Source of the DNA: Macrostomum hystrix
Taxonomy: Eukaryota; Animalia; Platyhelminthes
Assembly: GCA_950097015.1 (NCBI GenBank)
Contig: CATNEN010000034.1
Coordinates: 2,604,001 to 2,668,000 of the forward strand
Reading direction: 5' to 3'
DNA length: 64,000 bases
Program-made: the position numbers and the translations under genes
Notes under the pieces: model-generated
The model's input: the letters and a program-made list of their open reading frames with translations, nothing else
The model's database searches: none
Told to the model about the DNA's origin: nothing
Shown: positions 35,701-44,869 of the stretch, one piece after another
How positions within the stretch are numbered: the first letter of the stretch is position 1
How the letters are laid out: every line of letters starts with the position of its first letter

Positions 35701-38700
35701 GATAGATTTGTCATTTCTAGGATTGATTTGTCATTTCTAGGATTGAATTTTCATTTCTAGGATTAAATTGTCATTTCTAGGATGGATTTGTCATTTCTAG
35801 GATAGATTTGTCATTTCTAGGATTGATTTGTCATTTCTAGGATTGAATTTTCATTTCTAAGATTGAATTGTCATTTCTAGGATGGATTTGTCTTTTCTAG
35901 GATGGATTTGTCATTTCTAGGATGGATTTGTCATTTCTTGGATTGATTTGTCATTTCTAGGACTCAATTGTCATTTCTAGGATTGAATTGTCCTTTCTGG
36001 AAAGGATTTTTCGTTTCTAGGATTGAATTTTCATTTCTAGGATGGATTTGTCATTTCTAGGATGGATTTCTCTTTTCTAGGATTGATTTGTCATTTCTAG
36101 GATGGATTTGTCATTTCTAGGATTGAATTGTCATTTCTAGGATGGATTTGTCATTTCTAGGATGGATTTGTCATTTCTAGGATTGAATTTTCATTTCTAG
36201 GATTGAATTGTCATTTCTAGGATTGAATTGTCATTTCTAGGATGGATTTGTCATTTCTAGGATTGAATTTTCATTTCTAGGATTGAATTGTCATTTCTAG
36301 AAAGGATTTTTCGTTTCTAGGATTGAATTTTCATTTCTAGGATGGATTTGTCATTTCTAGGATGGATTTGTCATTTCTAGGATTGATTTGTCATTTCTAG
36401 GATTGAATTTTCATTTCTAGGATTGAATTGTCATTTCTAGGATGGATTTGTCATTTCTAGGATTGAATTGTCATTTCTAGGATGGATTTGTCATTTCTAG
36501 GATGGATTTGTCATTTCTAGGATTGAATTTTCATTTCTAGGATTGATTTGCAATTTCTTTAATCGACTAGCCATTCTTGAAATGTCATTTCTAAGATCCA
36601 TGAATCGTTTTGGGCGTTTTGGGAGTTTTTGGAGTTTTGGGAGTTTTTGGAGTTTTTGGGAGTTTTTGGAGTTTTTGGGAGTTTTTGGAGTTTTGGGAGT
36701 TTTGGGAGTTTTTGGAGTTTTTGGAGTTTTGGGAGTTTTGGGAGTTTTGGGAGTTTTTGGAGTTTTGGGAGTTTTTGGGAGTTTTTGGAGTTTTGGTAGT
36801 TTTGGGAGTTTTTGGAGTTTTGGGAGTTTTGGGAGTTTTTGGAGTTTTGGGAGTTTTTGGAGTTTTGGGAGTTTTGGGAGTTTTTGGAGTTTTGGGAGTT
36901 TTGGGAGTTTTTGGAGTTTTGGGAGTTTTGGGAGTTTTTGGAGTTTTGGGAGTTTTGGGAGTTTTTGGAGTTTTGGGAGTTTTTGGAGTTTTGGGAGTTT
37001 TTGGAGTTTTGGGAGTTTTGGGAGTTTTGGGAGTTTTGGGAGTTTTGGGAGTTTTGTGACTGACTTTTAAAAAGACCCCACCTGCAGAATTTCATCCTCA
37101 AACACGAGCTGATTGTCATCAATCTGCCGCCTGCGGTTCAAGAAGCTCCGATTAATGATGGCCATCTTGTCTTTGACTGTGGGATCAGCTCCGAGTTCCT
37201 CCGCGAAGCGCTTGATCTCGGCCTGTCGATCGATGTCGGACAGCCGGTCCATCATCTCCCGTTCCATCTCCTCCTCCAGTGCCGTGGCATACTTTGTGAA
37301 TCTGAAATTGGCCATCGTGTCGCTTCTGTTCACAATGGTAACTGTGCGCTGATTGGCCAGTCCAACATAGGTGCTCTCAATCCGAATCGAACTCTTGTCC
37401 AGGCGAACATTCACGTCCTGACCAACGCCACTGAGGGCGGCGTAGATTCGCTCGCCCGTGTCATATTCGATTTCTAAGTCACCCTGGTGCGGCTCAGAGG
37501 TCTGGGGTTCGAATCCTACGCAAACTTGAAGCGACTCTTGAACTGCCAGGGTGCCGGTCTCTGGGGTCACATGGAATGGCCTGCAGAGATTGAGCGAGAT
37601 TTCATTTTAGAGATGTCAGGATTTCATTTCGGAGGTGTCAGGATTTCATTTCGGAGGTGTCAGGATTTCATTTCGGAGATGTCAGGATTTCATTTTATAG
37701 GTGTCAGGTTTTCATATCGGTGGTGTCAGGATTTCATTTTGGAGGTGTCAGGGTTTCATTTCGGTGGTGTCAGGTTCTTATTTCGGTGGTGTCAGGTTCT
37801 AATTTCGGTGGTGTCAGGGTTTCATTTCGGTGGTGTCAGGTTTTCATTCCCTTGGTGTCAGGGTTTCATTCCGGTGGTGTCAGGTTTTCATTCCGGTGGT
37901 GTCAGGATTTCTTTTTTCAGGTGTCAGGATTTCATTTTCGAGGTTTCAGGGTTTCATTTCGGTGGTTCCATGTTCTCATTTCGGTGGTGTCAGGTTCTCA
38001 TTTCGGTGGTGTCAGGGTTTCATTCCGGTGGTGTCAGGTTCTCATTTCGGTGGTGTCAGGGTTTCATTCCGGTGGTGTCAGGTTCTCATTTCGGTGGTGT
38101 CAGGTTCTCATTTCGGTGGTGTCAGGTTCTCATTTCGGTGGTGTCAGGGTTTCATTTCGGTGGTGTCAGGTTCTCATTTCGGTGGTGTCAGGTTCTCATT
38201 TCGGTGGTGTCAGGTTCTCATTACGGTGGTGTCAGGGTTTCATTCCGGTGGTGTCAGGGTTTCATTCCGGTGGTGTCAGGTTCTCATTTCGGTGGTGTCA
38301 GGTTCTCATTTCGGTGGTGTCAGGTTCTCATTTCGGTGGTGTCAGGTTCTCATTTCGGTGGTGTCAGGTTCTCATTTCGGTGGTGTCAGGGTTTCATTCC
38401 GGTGGTGTCAGGGTTTCATTCCGGTGGTGTCAGGGTTTCATTCCGGTGGTGTCAGGTTCTCATTTCGGTGGTGTCAGGTTCTCATTTCGGTGGTGTCAGG
38501 TTCTCATTTCGGTGGTGTCAGGTTCTCATTTCGGTGGTGTCAGGGTTTCATTCCGGTGGTGTCAGGGTTTCATTTCGGTGGTGTCAGGTTCTCATTTCGG
38601 TGGTGTCAGGTTCTCATTTCGGTGGTGTCAGGTTCTCATTTCGGTGGTGTCAGGTTCTCATTTCGGTGGTGTCAGGGTTTCATTCCGGTGGTGTCAGGTT

Positions 38701-41700
38701 CTCATTTCGGTGGTGTCAGGTTCTCATTTCGGTGGTGTCAGGTTCTCATTTCGGTGGTGTCAGGTTCTCATTTCGGTGGTGTCAGGTTCTCATTTCGGTG
38801 GTGTCAGGTTCTCATTTCGGTGGTGTCAGGTTCTCATTTCGGTGGTGTCAGGGTTTCATTTCGGTGGTGTCAGGTTCTCATTTCGGTGGTGTCAGGTTCT
38901 CATTTCGGTGGTGTCAGGTTCTCATATCGGTCGCGGTCACTCACTTGCTGGCTCTGAGGAAGAATCTGGCCTCCCTATTTCCGACATTGCGCACGAGAAG
39001 GCTGCGCTCGGACCGATACTTCACGGGGCAGGTGTCAAAGTTGACGCTGTCGGGAAAATCCAAGATCGCCCTGGCGCCAACGCAGCGGACGGGCACCACG
39101 AATTTCTCTCGCTCGGTGATGCAGACGAGTTCGTGTCTGTAGTCCTTTTTCTCGTCCGGGATGAACTGGATGACGAAGGTCATGGCTAGGCCCGGTGCGC
39201 ACTTCTCGCCAACATTGTGCGGACTGATGATTTTGAAATAGGGTGAATCGGCCTGCACCACCTTCACTAGGCGGGGCACCTGGAAATTTACAGAAGTTAT
39301 GTATCACATCTCATATATTTAGTCTCGTTTATCTTATTTCTTCACTCGAGAAAGTACTTAGGAAGTGAAATTTTCCTTCTACTCGTAAGTCTAAAATATT
39401 TCTTAGAAAAGCACGAATTTTTTCGGGGACGTTTCTTGGAATTTATTTGTTGGTATAAATATTTTGTAATGTTTTTGTAAACATGTTTTCGTTCTATAAT
39501 GTATTATTTAATAATTTTGAAATAAGATAAATTACCATTTTTAAAAAGGGGCTCAGAGGCAGAGCTGTTTACGCCTTTTGCCTCTCGCACCAAGGTCCCA
39601 GGGCTCGATTCCGCGGCGAGGCCACATTCATTTGGGGCGCAGCCGCGAAGAGAAGGCTTGGGGGTCTGTCGTGCAATTTACGCCATTGAGGGCCAACCTC
39701 TAAGGCACAGTGAGAGTGTACACTGCCAGACGATGAGAAAGTCTGGGCAGATGTACACACCTGTGTGAGTGTGTGCTCAGGAGTCAGCGAAACGGGCAGA
39801 ATTGCCTCCTCGCTGGCTGCGGGTCTAGTGTCACCAAATGATGTGCCATTGCCCGCAGCCCTCCTGCAATCACTAGTATTAATAACATTAGTATTTATCA
39901 TTCTAATATTGCATATTTATTTATGATACACGACTTTTAACAAACTTTTTATTGACGAATCTCGTGTTGATTTCTTAGAATCTTGTTACTTTCAATGGAC
40001 TTTCTACAGATTTCACGAATATTTGCAAGAATTTCGTAAAAACGACTCTTTTGTAGATTAAAATCTACAGGGGAGATTTTAGCACGGGTGGTTTAGAAGC
40101 GCAATAGCTACCTTGTCATTGTTTCTGAGTAGCAAAGGCAGCTCGTGAGCGATATTTGGCTCATAATTCACAAACACCAGCTCAGACGGATAGGGCTGAA
40201 AGATCGGCTCCTCGATGTCCACTTGTGAGAACTGAAATGATCCGTGATTGCGTTATAACAAATATTATTGTTTAATGAATCTACAACTACAAATATCATT
40301 AGCAACCATGCATATATTATAGACAAATAAATGCGAATATAGATAGAAATAATCAAAGCAGTGCAAAATTGAAATTATCGATTGATTTGTGCAATGCCAG
40401 TGCTGGGCTGGTCAGATAATGTGTGATCGGATGTTGAAAAAAGCAGATCTGTGCAAAAATATGTGACAAAAAAAGATTTTTTTGGTGCAATCATGAAAAA
40501 ATCGATCATTCCAGGAAATCATCATGCAACAGCAGCGAAGGCAGTTGGTCAAGCAGCATATACTCTAAATAGCTTCTTTTTGAAGCAGCGCAGACGGGCA
40601 AAACAAACAGAAACGAGAAGGACAACGAAACATCAGCGGCGACATAGTATTAAACTGAGAATACTTGTGCATTATCAGCGTTGGAAATTATTCATAGTGC
40701 AATTTAAACTGAACATTGATCGGAATGAATTTTATTGAATCGCCTTTACCTTTATTTGATTGAATGTTCGATTAGTTACTTCAGTCTCACTTTCAGGGTT
40801 TATTCTTATCCCTCAGTTCTTCAGGGTCTTATCCCTCAGTTCTTCAGGGTCTTATCCCTCAGTTCTTCAGGGTCTTCTACATCAGTTCTTCAGGGTCTTA
40901 TCCCTCAGTTCTTCAGGGTCTTATCCCTCAGTTCTTCAGGGTCTTATCCCTCAGTTCTTCAGGGTCTTATCCATCAGTTCTTCAGGGTCTTATCCCTCAG
41001 TTCTTCAGGGTCTTATCCATCAGTTCTTCAGGGTCTTATCCCTCAGTTCTTCAGGGTCTTATCCATCAGTTCTTCAGGGTCTTATCCCTCAGTTCTTCAG
41101 GGTCTTATCCTTCAGTTCTTCAGGGTCTTATCCCTCAGTTCTTCAGGGTCTTATCCCTCAGTTCTTCAGGGTCTTATCCTTCAGTTCTTCAGGGTCTTAT
41201 CCATCAGTTCTTCAGGGTCTTATCCATCAGTTCTTCAGGGTCTTATCCATCAGTTCTTCAGGGTCTTATCCTTCAGTTCTTCAGGGTCTTATCCCTCAGT
41301 TCTTCAGGGTCTTATCCTTCAGTTCTTCAGGGTCTTATCCATCAGTTCTTCAGGGTCTTATCCCTCGGTTCTTCAGGGTCTTATCCCTCAGTTCTTCAGG
41401 GTCTTATCCTTCAGTTCTTCAGGGTCTTATCCCTCAGTTCTTCAGGGTCTTATCCATCAGTTCTTCAGGGTCTTATCCCTCGGTTCTTCAGGGTCTTATC
41501 CCTCAGTTCTTCAGGGTCTTATCCATCAGTTCTTCAGGGTCTTATCCATCAGTTCTTCAGGGTCTTATCCATCAGTTCTTCAGGGTCTTAGTATTGTCCT
41601 GAGTCCCTCAGTAACATGTCATTTAAATATTCTGCCTCAAAAATCTTAGTTTTTCGTTGTTTTTAAAAGCACACGTTTTGAGTGACTGAAAGCCAGGCGG

Positions 41701-42831
41701 AAGTGCGTACATTATCATCGAAGTAAATAATCTTTGGCAGCCTTTTCCGTTCCTGAAAAAATTGTAGACAATCAAATCATTAAATCTCAGACAGTTAAGC
41801 ACATACGATGAGGTGAAATGTTTGACTGTGTAATAATTGCCTCAATGAAGGCACTGACAACAAATCGCTTTTAACTTATTCCTACAAGTTAAAAACGATT
41901 TGTATTAATTTTTATTGATTTTTGTTTACAAAAAAGTTAAATCAATAAAACCTTCACGTCAAGTCATTCTAAGAACACAAAGACATTTCAACAATAACGG
42001 TTATTGGGTTGAAATTTGATCTCAACTGTATGCACTTTTATTCTCTCTTATCTCCCTCTCCATCTGCATCTCTAATCTCACTCCCTCCTTCTGCATCTCT
42101 AATCTCACTCCCTCCTTCTGCATCTCTAATCTCACTCTCTCTATCTGCATCTCTAATCTCACTCCCTCCTTCTGCATCTCTAATCTCACTCCCTCCTTCT
42201 GCATCTCTAATCTCAGTCCCTCTTTCTGCATCTCTAATCTCACTCTCTCCTTCTGCATCTCTAATCTCACTCCCTCCTCCCTCTTTCGATGCATATCAAG
42301 TATCACTCACCCACTCTCTGACCCCAATAATGTATTAATCGAGGCAAAGCTTAAAGAATGTCAAACAGGCAGAGCGCGATACGTTACAAAAAGTTGCACA
42401 GAAGATTCGGACGCCTCACCCTCTGATGCGTGGTCTCGCCCATGTCCAGTAGGCTGAGTTTCTTTGGCAGCTGCATATTGTGCGTGTTGGCCAGCTTCTT
42501 CTCAGTGGTCAGCGACATTTGAAACATGTACTGCGATGGCGTCATCTAGGGTGAGAGAGAATTTGTTGCAATTGTAAAAATACTGTTAGATTACTATTGG
42601 CACCTACCTATGATCATTGTAAATCGTAAATAATAATTTTGATTGTTATTGCCTAATTAAAATTTTAATTAGTGAAACTGCCAAACTCACTTTGATTGGC
42701 GGCAGCTCATCTCGGATGAGTTTTGGGTTGCGGGGAGCCACCACGCGACTCTCATAGTTGCGCGCTTCTGGGTCCAGCGAGTCGAGGGTGCCAGTGGTGC
42801 CCAGCACTTCGCCGAATGGGCCCAGCGGCAT
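5776..42831 (-). CDS. HYDIN: HYDIN, axonemal central-pair apparatus protein; complete multi-exon gene, roughly 5,400 aa
   Basis: N-terminal exons read MPLGPF...PPIK | MTPSQYMFQMSLTTEKKLANTHNMQLPKKLSLLDMGETTHQR | FSQVDIEEPIFQPYPSELVFVNYEPNIAHELPLLLRNNDK | VPRLVKVVQADSPYFKIISP...EREKFVVPVRCVGARAILDFPD, matching the known HYDIN N-terminus. Many ASH/Ig-like repeats, an ADK-like P-loop segment (IIVHGAPLSGKS) and a terminal WVYYLRG motif. Hand-traced GT-AG exons, phases consistent: 42831-42691, 42545-42420, 40231-40112, 39279-38945, 37580-37082, 35095-34641, 33841-33443, 33360-33171, 32792-32358, 31469-31023, 29642-29505, 29130-27928, 27846-26019, 25291-25164, 24204-23941, 23277-22984, 22844-22556, 22011-20817, [20458-20411], 20108-18585, [17239-17075], [16791-16702], [16460-16398], 15904-15725, 15648-14843, 14662-14490, 14406-14274, [13201-13025], 11695-10811, 10474-9708, 9563-9019, 8437-7757, 7461-6690, 6592-5776 (brackets = skippable candidates). 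Confidence 0.96.
7515..7676 (-). mobile_element. SINE fragment (central body) in the 7462-7756 HYDIN intron
   Basis: Reverse complement gcgcagtcgcgtagagaaggctcaggggcttgtcgtg...gagggccaa...gtgcactgcctgacgatgagtaagccgaagcagatgtacaccctgtgtgagcatgtgctcag aligns with the other copies. Confidence 0.7.
8455..8895. repeat. Intronic minisatellite, 16-bp unit GGATGGGATTACTTGA
   Basis: Fills most of HYDIN intron 8438-9018. Confidence 0.95.
12325..12870. repeat. Intronic minisatellite, 56-60-bp unit (G-run-rich on the minus strand)
   Basis: atggctgcac recurs at 12381, 12437, 12493, 12549, 12605, 12661, 12721, 12781 and 12841. Confidence 0.95.
13025..13201 (-). CDS. HYDIN: Candidate HYDIN cassette exon, 177 nt, phase 1-1
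   Basis: ccctag|TCCTTGCC...GAGCTGG|gtaaag; open in the HYDIN frame (LASPSRGPPRRSSRSDQQHQQQQASGSAKKSRQRAVSGGSTGSGSGVGGNQIGGLQEL); GC-rich island; both flanking exons are phase 1. Confidence 0.65.
16398..16460 (-). CDS. HYDIN: Candidate HYDIN micro-exon, 63 nt, phase 2-2
   Basis: ttttgttacag|CGAGCC...GTTCG|gtctgt; open frame EPKTLEPNRGLSSRVSWNRV; weak donor. Confidence 0.45.
16702..16791 (-). CDS. HYDIN: Candidate HYDIN exon, 90 nt, phase 2-2
   Basis: ttcacag|CCTGCC...ATCAG|gtcagt; open frame LPAPHKRAKSRDGSSSGRSVVKPKKVEAI. Confidence 0.7.
17075..17239 (-). CDS. HYDIN: Candidate HYDIN cassette exon, 165 nt, phase 2-2, with Q8 tract
   Basis: ccttacag|TCAACAG...AGAAT|gtaaat; open frame QQPTAEILPGGLGDSLQQQQQQQQLLASRASLAAPSRAPGQFGKGANYSKGLSR. 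Confidence 0.6.
17320..17615. repeat. Intronic tandem repeat, about 61-bp unit, about 4.5 copies
   Basis: gggcgagtt recurs at about 17400, 17461, 17522 and 17583. Confidence 0.9.
20411..20458 (-). CDS. HYDIN: Candidate HYDIN micro-exon, 48 nt, phase 2-2
   Basis: ctcccaccaaacag|CTCGGTAG...GAACCGCC|gtaaga; open frame SVAAEEAGELEKPEP. Confidence 0.65.
20660..20765 (+). mobile_element. SINE fragment (central hairpin region)
   Basis: gagagtgaacactgcctgacgatgagaaaatcggggcagatgcacacacctg aligns with the other copies. Confidence 0.65.
22085..22480. repeat. Intronic minisatellite, 18-bp unit AAATTATCCCCATTTCAG
   Basis: Direct tandem periodicity. Confidence 0.93.
23295..23620. repeat. Intronic degenerate minisatellite built on GATTGTGATTGGCTGGCAG
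   Basis: About ten GTGATTGGCT cores at variable spacing. Confidence 0.9.
24240..24920. repeat. Intronic minisatellite, 19-bp unit CCTCCCTCCACTCC(G/A)CTGT
   Basis: Direct tandem periodicity. Confidence 0.95.
25705..25910. repeat. Intronic tandem repeat, about 60-bp unit, about 3.5 copies
   Basis: tagaca(c/a)ccacctc recurs about every 60 bp. Confidence 0.88.
29172..29430 (+). mobile_element. tRNA-derived SINE copy, internally deleted and 3'-truncated (HYDIN intron)
   Basis: TGGCAGAGCGGT...GAGCTCGATTC head; body clearly aligns with the 39548 copy. Confidence 0.75.
29720..30930. repeat. Intronic degenerate minisatellite, 20-bp unit AATCATTCCGTACCAAATAT
   Basis: Fills most of intron 29643-31022. 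Confidence 0.93.
31590..32275. repeat. Intronic minisatellite, 26-bp unit AAATTATCCCCATTCTGATTCAGTCT
   Basis: Direct tandem periodicity. Confidence 0.95.
33852..33858 (-). promoter_or_regulatory. Perfect TACTAAC branch-point sequence upstream of a HYDIN 3' splice site
   Basis: gcTACTAACctccctgcag| at 33842-33860. Confidence 0.6.
33915..34625. repeat. Intronic minisatellite, 31-bp unit ATCTCACCCCATCTCACACCCAGGATCTCCA
   Basis: Fills intron 33842-34640. Confidence 0.95.
35120..36600. repeat. Intronic minisatellite, 20-bp unit TGTCATTTCTAGGATTGATT
   Basis: Direct tandem periodicity, about 70 copies. Confidence 0.96.
36615..37056. repeat. Intronic micro/minisatellite, 9-10-bp units GGAGTTTT(T)G
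   Basis: Abuts the 20-bp array within the same intron. Confidence 0.95.
37600..38930. repeat. Intronic minisatellite, 22-bp unit TTTCGGTGGTGTCAGGTTCTCA
   Basis: Fills essentially all of intron 37581-38944. Confidence 0.96.
39548..39870 (+). mobile_element. tRNA-derived SINE, near full-length copy (HYDIN intron 3)
   Basis: GGGGC start, A-box-like AGGCAGAGCTG, B-box-like GGCTCGATTCC, shared body (gtgtacactgcc...gcagatgtacac; gggcagaattgcctcctcgctggctgcgggtctagtgtcaccaaat) and AT-rich tail; related copies elsewhere in the window. Confidence 0.8.
40800..41590. repeat. Intronic minisatellite, 23-bp unit TCAGTTCTTCAGGGTCTTATCC(C/A/T)
   Basis: Direct tandem periodicity. Confidence 0.95.
42055..42285. 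repeat. Intronic minisatellite, 27-bp unit CTGCATCTCTAATCTCACTCCCTCCTT
   Basis: Direct tandem periodicity. Confidence 0.93.
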
Positions 42832-44869
42832 TTTGTCTGTATAATATTATGGATGGATGTACGATCAGCGAACAACTCACAGAAATCGATGTAGGCTCTT
42901 TGATGGCGAAAAGTAAAGTATTTATAATATAATATAATATAGGCCTAATATAATTAATTTTTTGTTTTCATTTCTGTTTGTTCAATTTTATGTAATTTAT
43001 GGCGAAAAAAGGAATTCTAGTTAAAGTTTATGTAAAACGGAGTCAGGACGAAAATAAAAACTATTCCTTGTGTCTTATACAATTTAAACGCATCAAAGTA
43101 TGTATGTGAAGGTATTTCTATTTATAAATATTTTTGTTTTAAATTTAAATTTAGTTAATTAAGTTAAGGTTCAGTTTAAATAAAGTTAAAGTTTATATTT
43201 TAATCAATAAAAAACAAAGTTAGTGCTCTCAAAGGAACACACTCATTTCCACTCATAGTAACCAATTATTAAAAATGTTAAGCCAAATACTTGTAGCTAC
43301 AATTCTGTATTAAAGTTTTTCAAATTTAGTTTAAATGTGGACCGAAAAAATATATATGGAAAAGCATAAGTTTATTTTAAAATATAATCAATGCGAATTC
43401 CTTATTTGGCTAGGCAGGAAATCTAGGTCTCATTTTCTGTCTTGGAATGTGCACTGCATCATCTGCTAAAAGCACTCGTTTAGCGTTACCGACAAGTTTA
43501 ATGATATGTATGATTAAAAATGCACATAAAGAACTCTAAAAGATGGCATAATTTAAGACGAAAAAAGATAAATGTTAAATATATTACCTTTTCGTTAGCT
43601 AAAAGCAATTATCTTATATTTCCACGTCAAAATAAATGACACTTAAAAGCGTTGATCAGAGTGTGTCGATATAAAATAAAATAGTTTTACACATTACACT
43701 TTTAAATATAAACTAACTATCGTCGCTATGGATAGTAATAACGCAAAAACATATAATCAGTGTATAAAAGAATAATAAAAATAAAAAATGCCATTTTTTC
43801 ATAAAGAAAAGTTCATTTGCATGCATGAAGCACAAAAATGTACAGTTTATTTTGTTTTAACGGAGTATTCCTTAAAAACAATCGCTAATACGATGGCATG
43901 TATTAAATTTTACCAGTCCGTAAGAGTAGCGCTTCTGATAAAAAACAATGACCATGTTAAGAAGCATACTCTTTATTTTCATCGCTCTAGCAGTAGGTGT
44001 CAGTACTCTTCAAAAAGCCGATTGGCCGATGCTGTTTATAATTATAATTTGATAACAAGAATATGTCAAATTTTAGGATTTAGGTTCTAGCATTTTAGGA
44101 CGCGAAGCGAAATGCTAGTCGTTACTTCTAATGGAGAAAAATGGTTTCTACAGCAAAAATGCTTCAGTTGCGCAGCTACTAAGTAACTTATTTGAATAAC
44201 TCTGTATTATGAATTCCTATTCTGTAAACGAAAAAGAGCTACAAAAAATTACTGCTAGCATATGCTCAACTAACAAATAGAGAATACTAGTGATTGCGGT
44301 CAATTTTACTTTGGCTTTTGAATTGAAGCACGAGTTGATTGCGTTTTTATAAACAAAATGTAAAAAGAAATTCAAGAAGTCATTTTTATTTAGTGTTGTT
44401 TGAAACAGACAATTTTAGTTTGAATATGAAATTTAAAAAACGATGCGATTGTATTTTACAGCTTCAATTATACAAATAGCTCTATATTGGACACAAACTC
44501 GGATGTAATCATTTGTATTTGAAATAGTCAACAAAACGCACAATCTAAGGCATAATAGATAATGGACTATTACAGATCCAGAATTAATGAAATCAGCCTT
44601 TTAGAATGCTTTAAATTTAATTTTAGTGAATCGCGAACTGCATATATTGTTATGATGGTTCGCAGATAGGGAGAAAATTGAGAAAATATGACGATGATCA
44701 ACTACTCTCTCAACTACTAGTTAGTAGTAGGCAAAGATAATAGTATGCTAAAATTCTAATCAAAACTAAATTACGTTTGCCACACAAGGAGAGGGGAAGG
44801 CACAAACTAGAAAAAGATTCGAATTGCACAATTTCTTAAAAGTAGACAGTCAGGCAGAGACGGGATGAC

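Noticed and set aside
37487-39189. Long ORFs (551, 510, 375 aa) on the plus strand, and similar repetitive ORFs at 4.2-4.9, 24.0-25.1, 33.9-34.6, 36.5-37.1, 40.7-41.6 and 51.5-52.2 kb
   Set aside because: They are translations of stop-free minisatellite units inside introns or intergenic DNA, with periodic peptides in several frames.
39800-39830. 14-nt identity (GCCTCCTCGCTGGC) between the SINE body and the P3/L3 core of the HDV ribozyme
   Set aside because: I could not build the required P1 helix starting at an upstream G, the P1.1 GG or a conserved P2. The segment folds more simply as nested hairpins. An RNArobo/Infernal HDV search would settle it.
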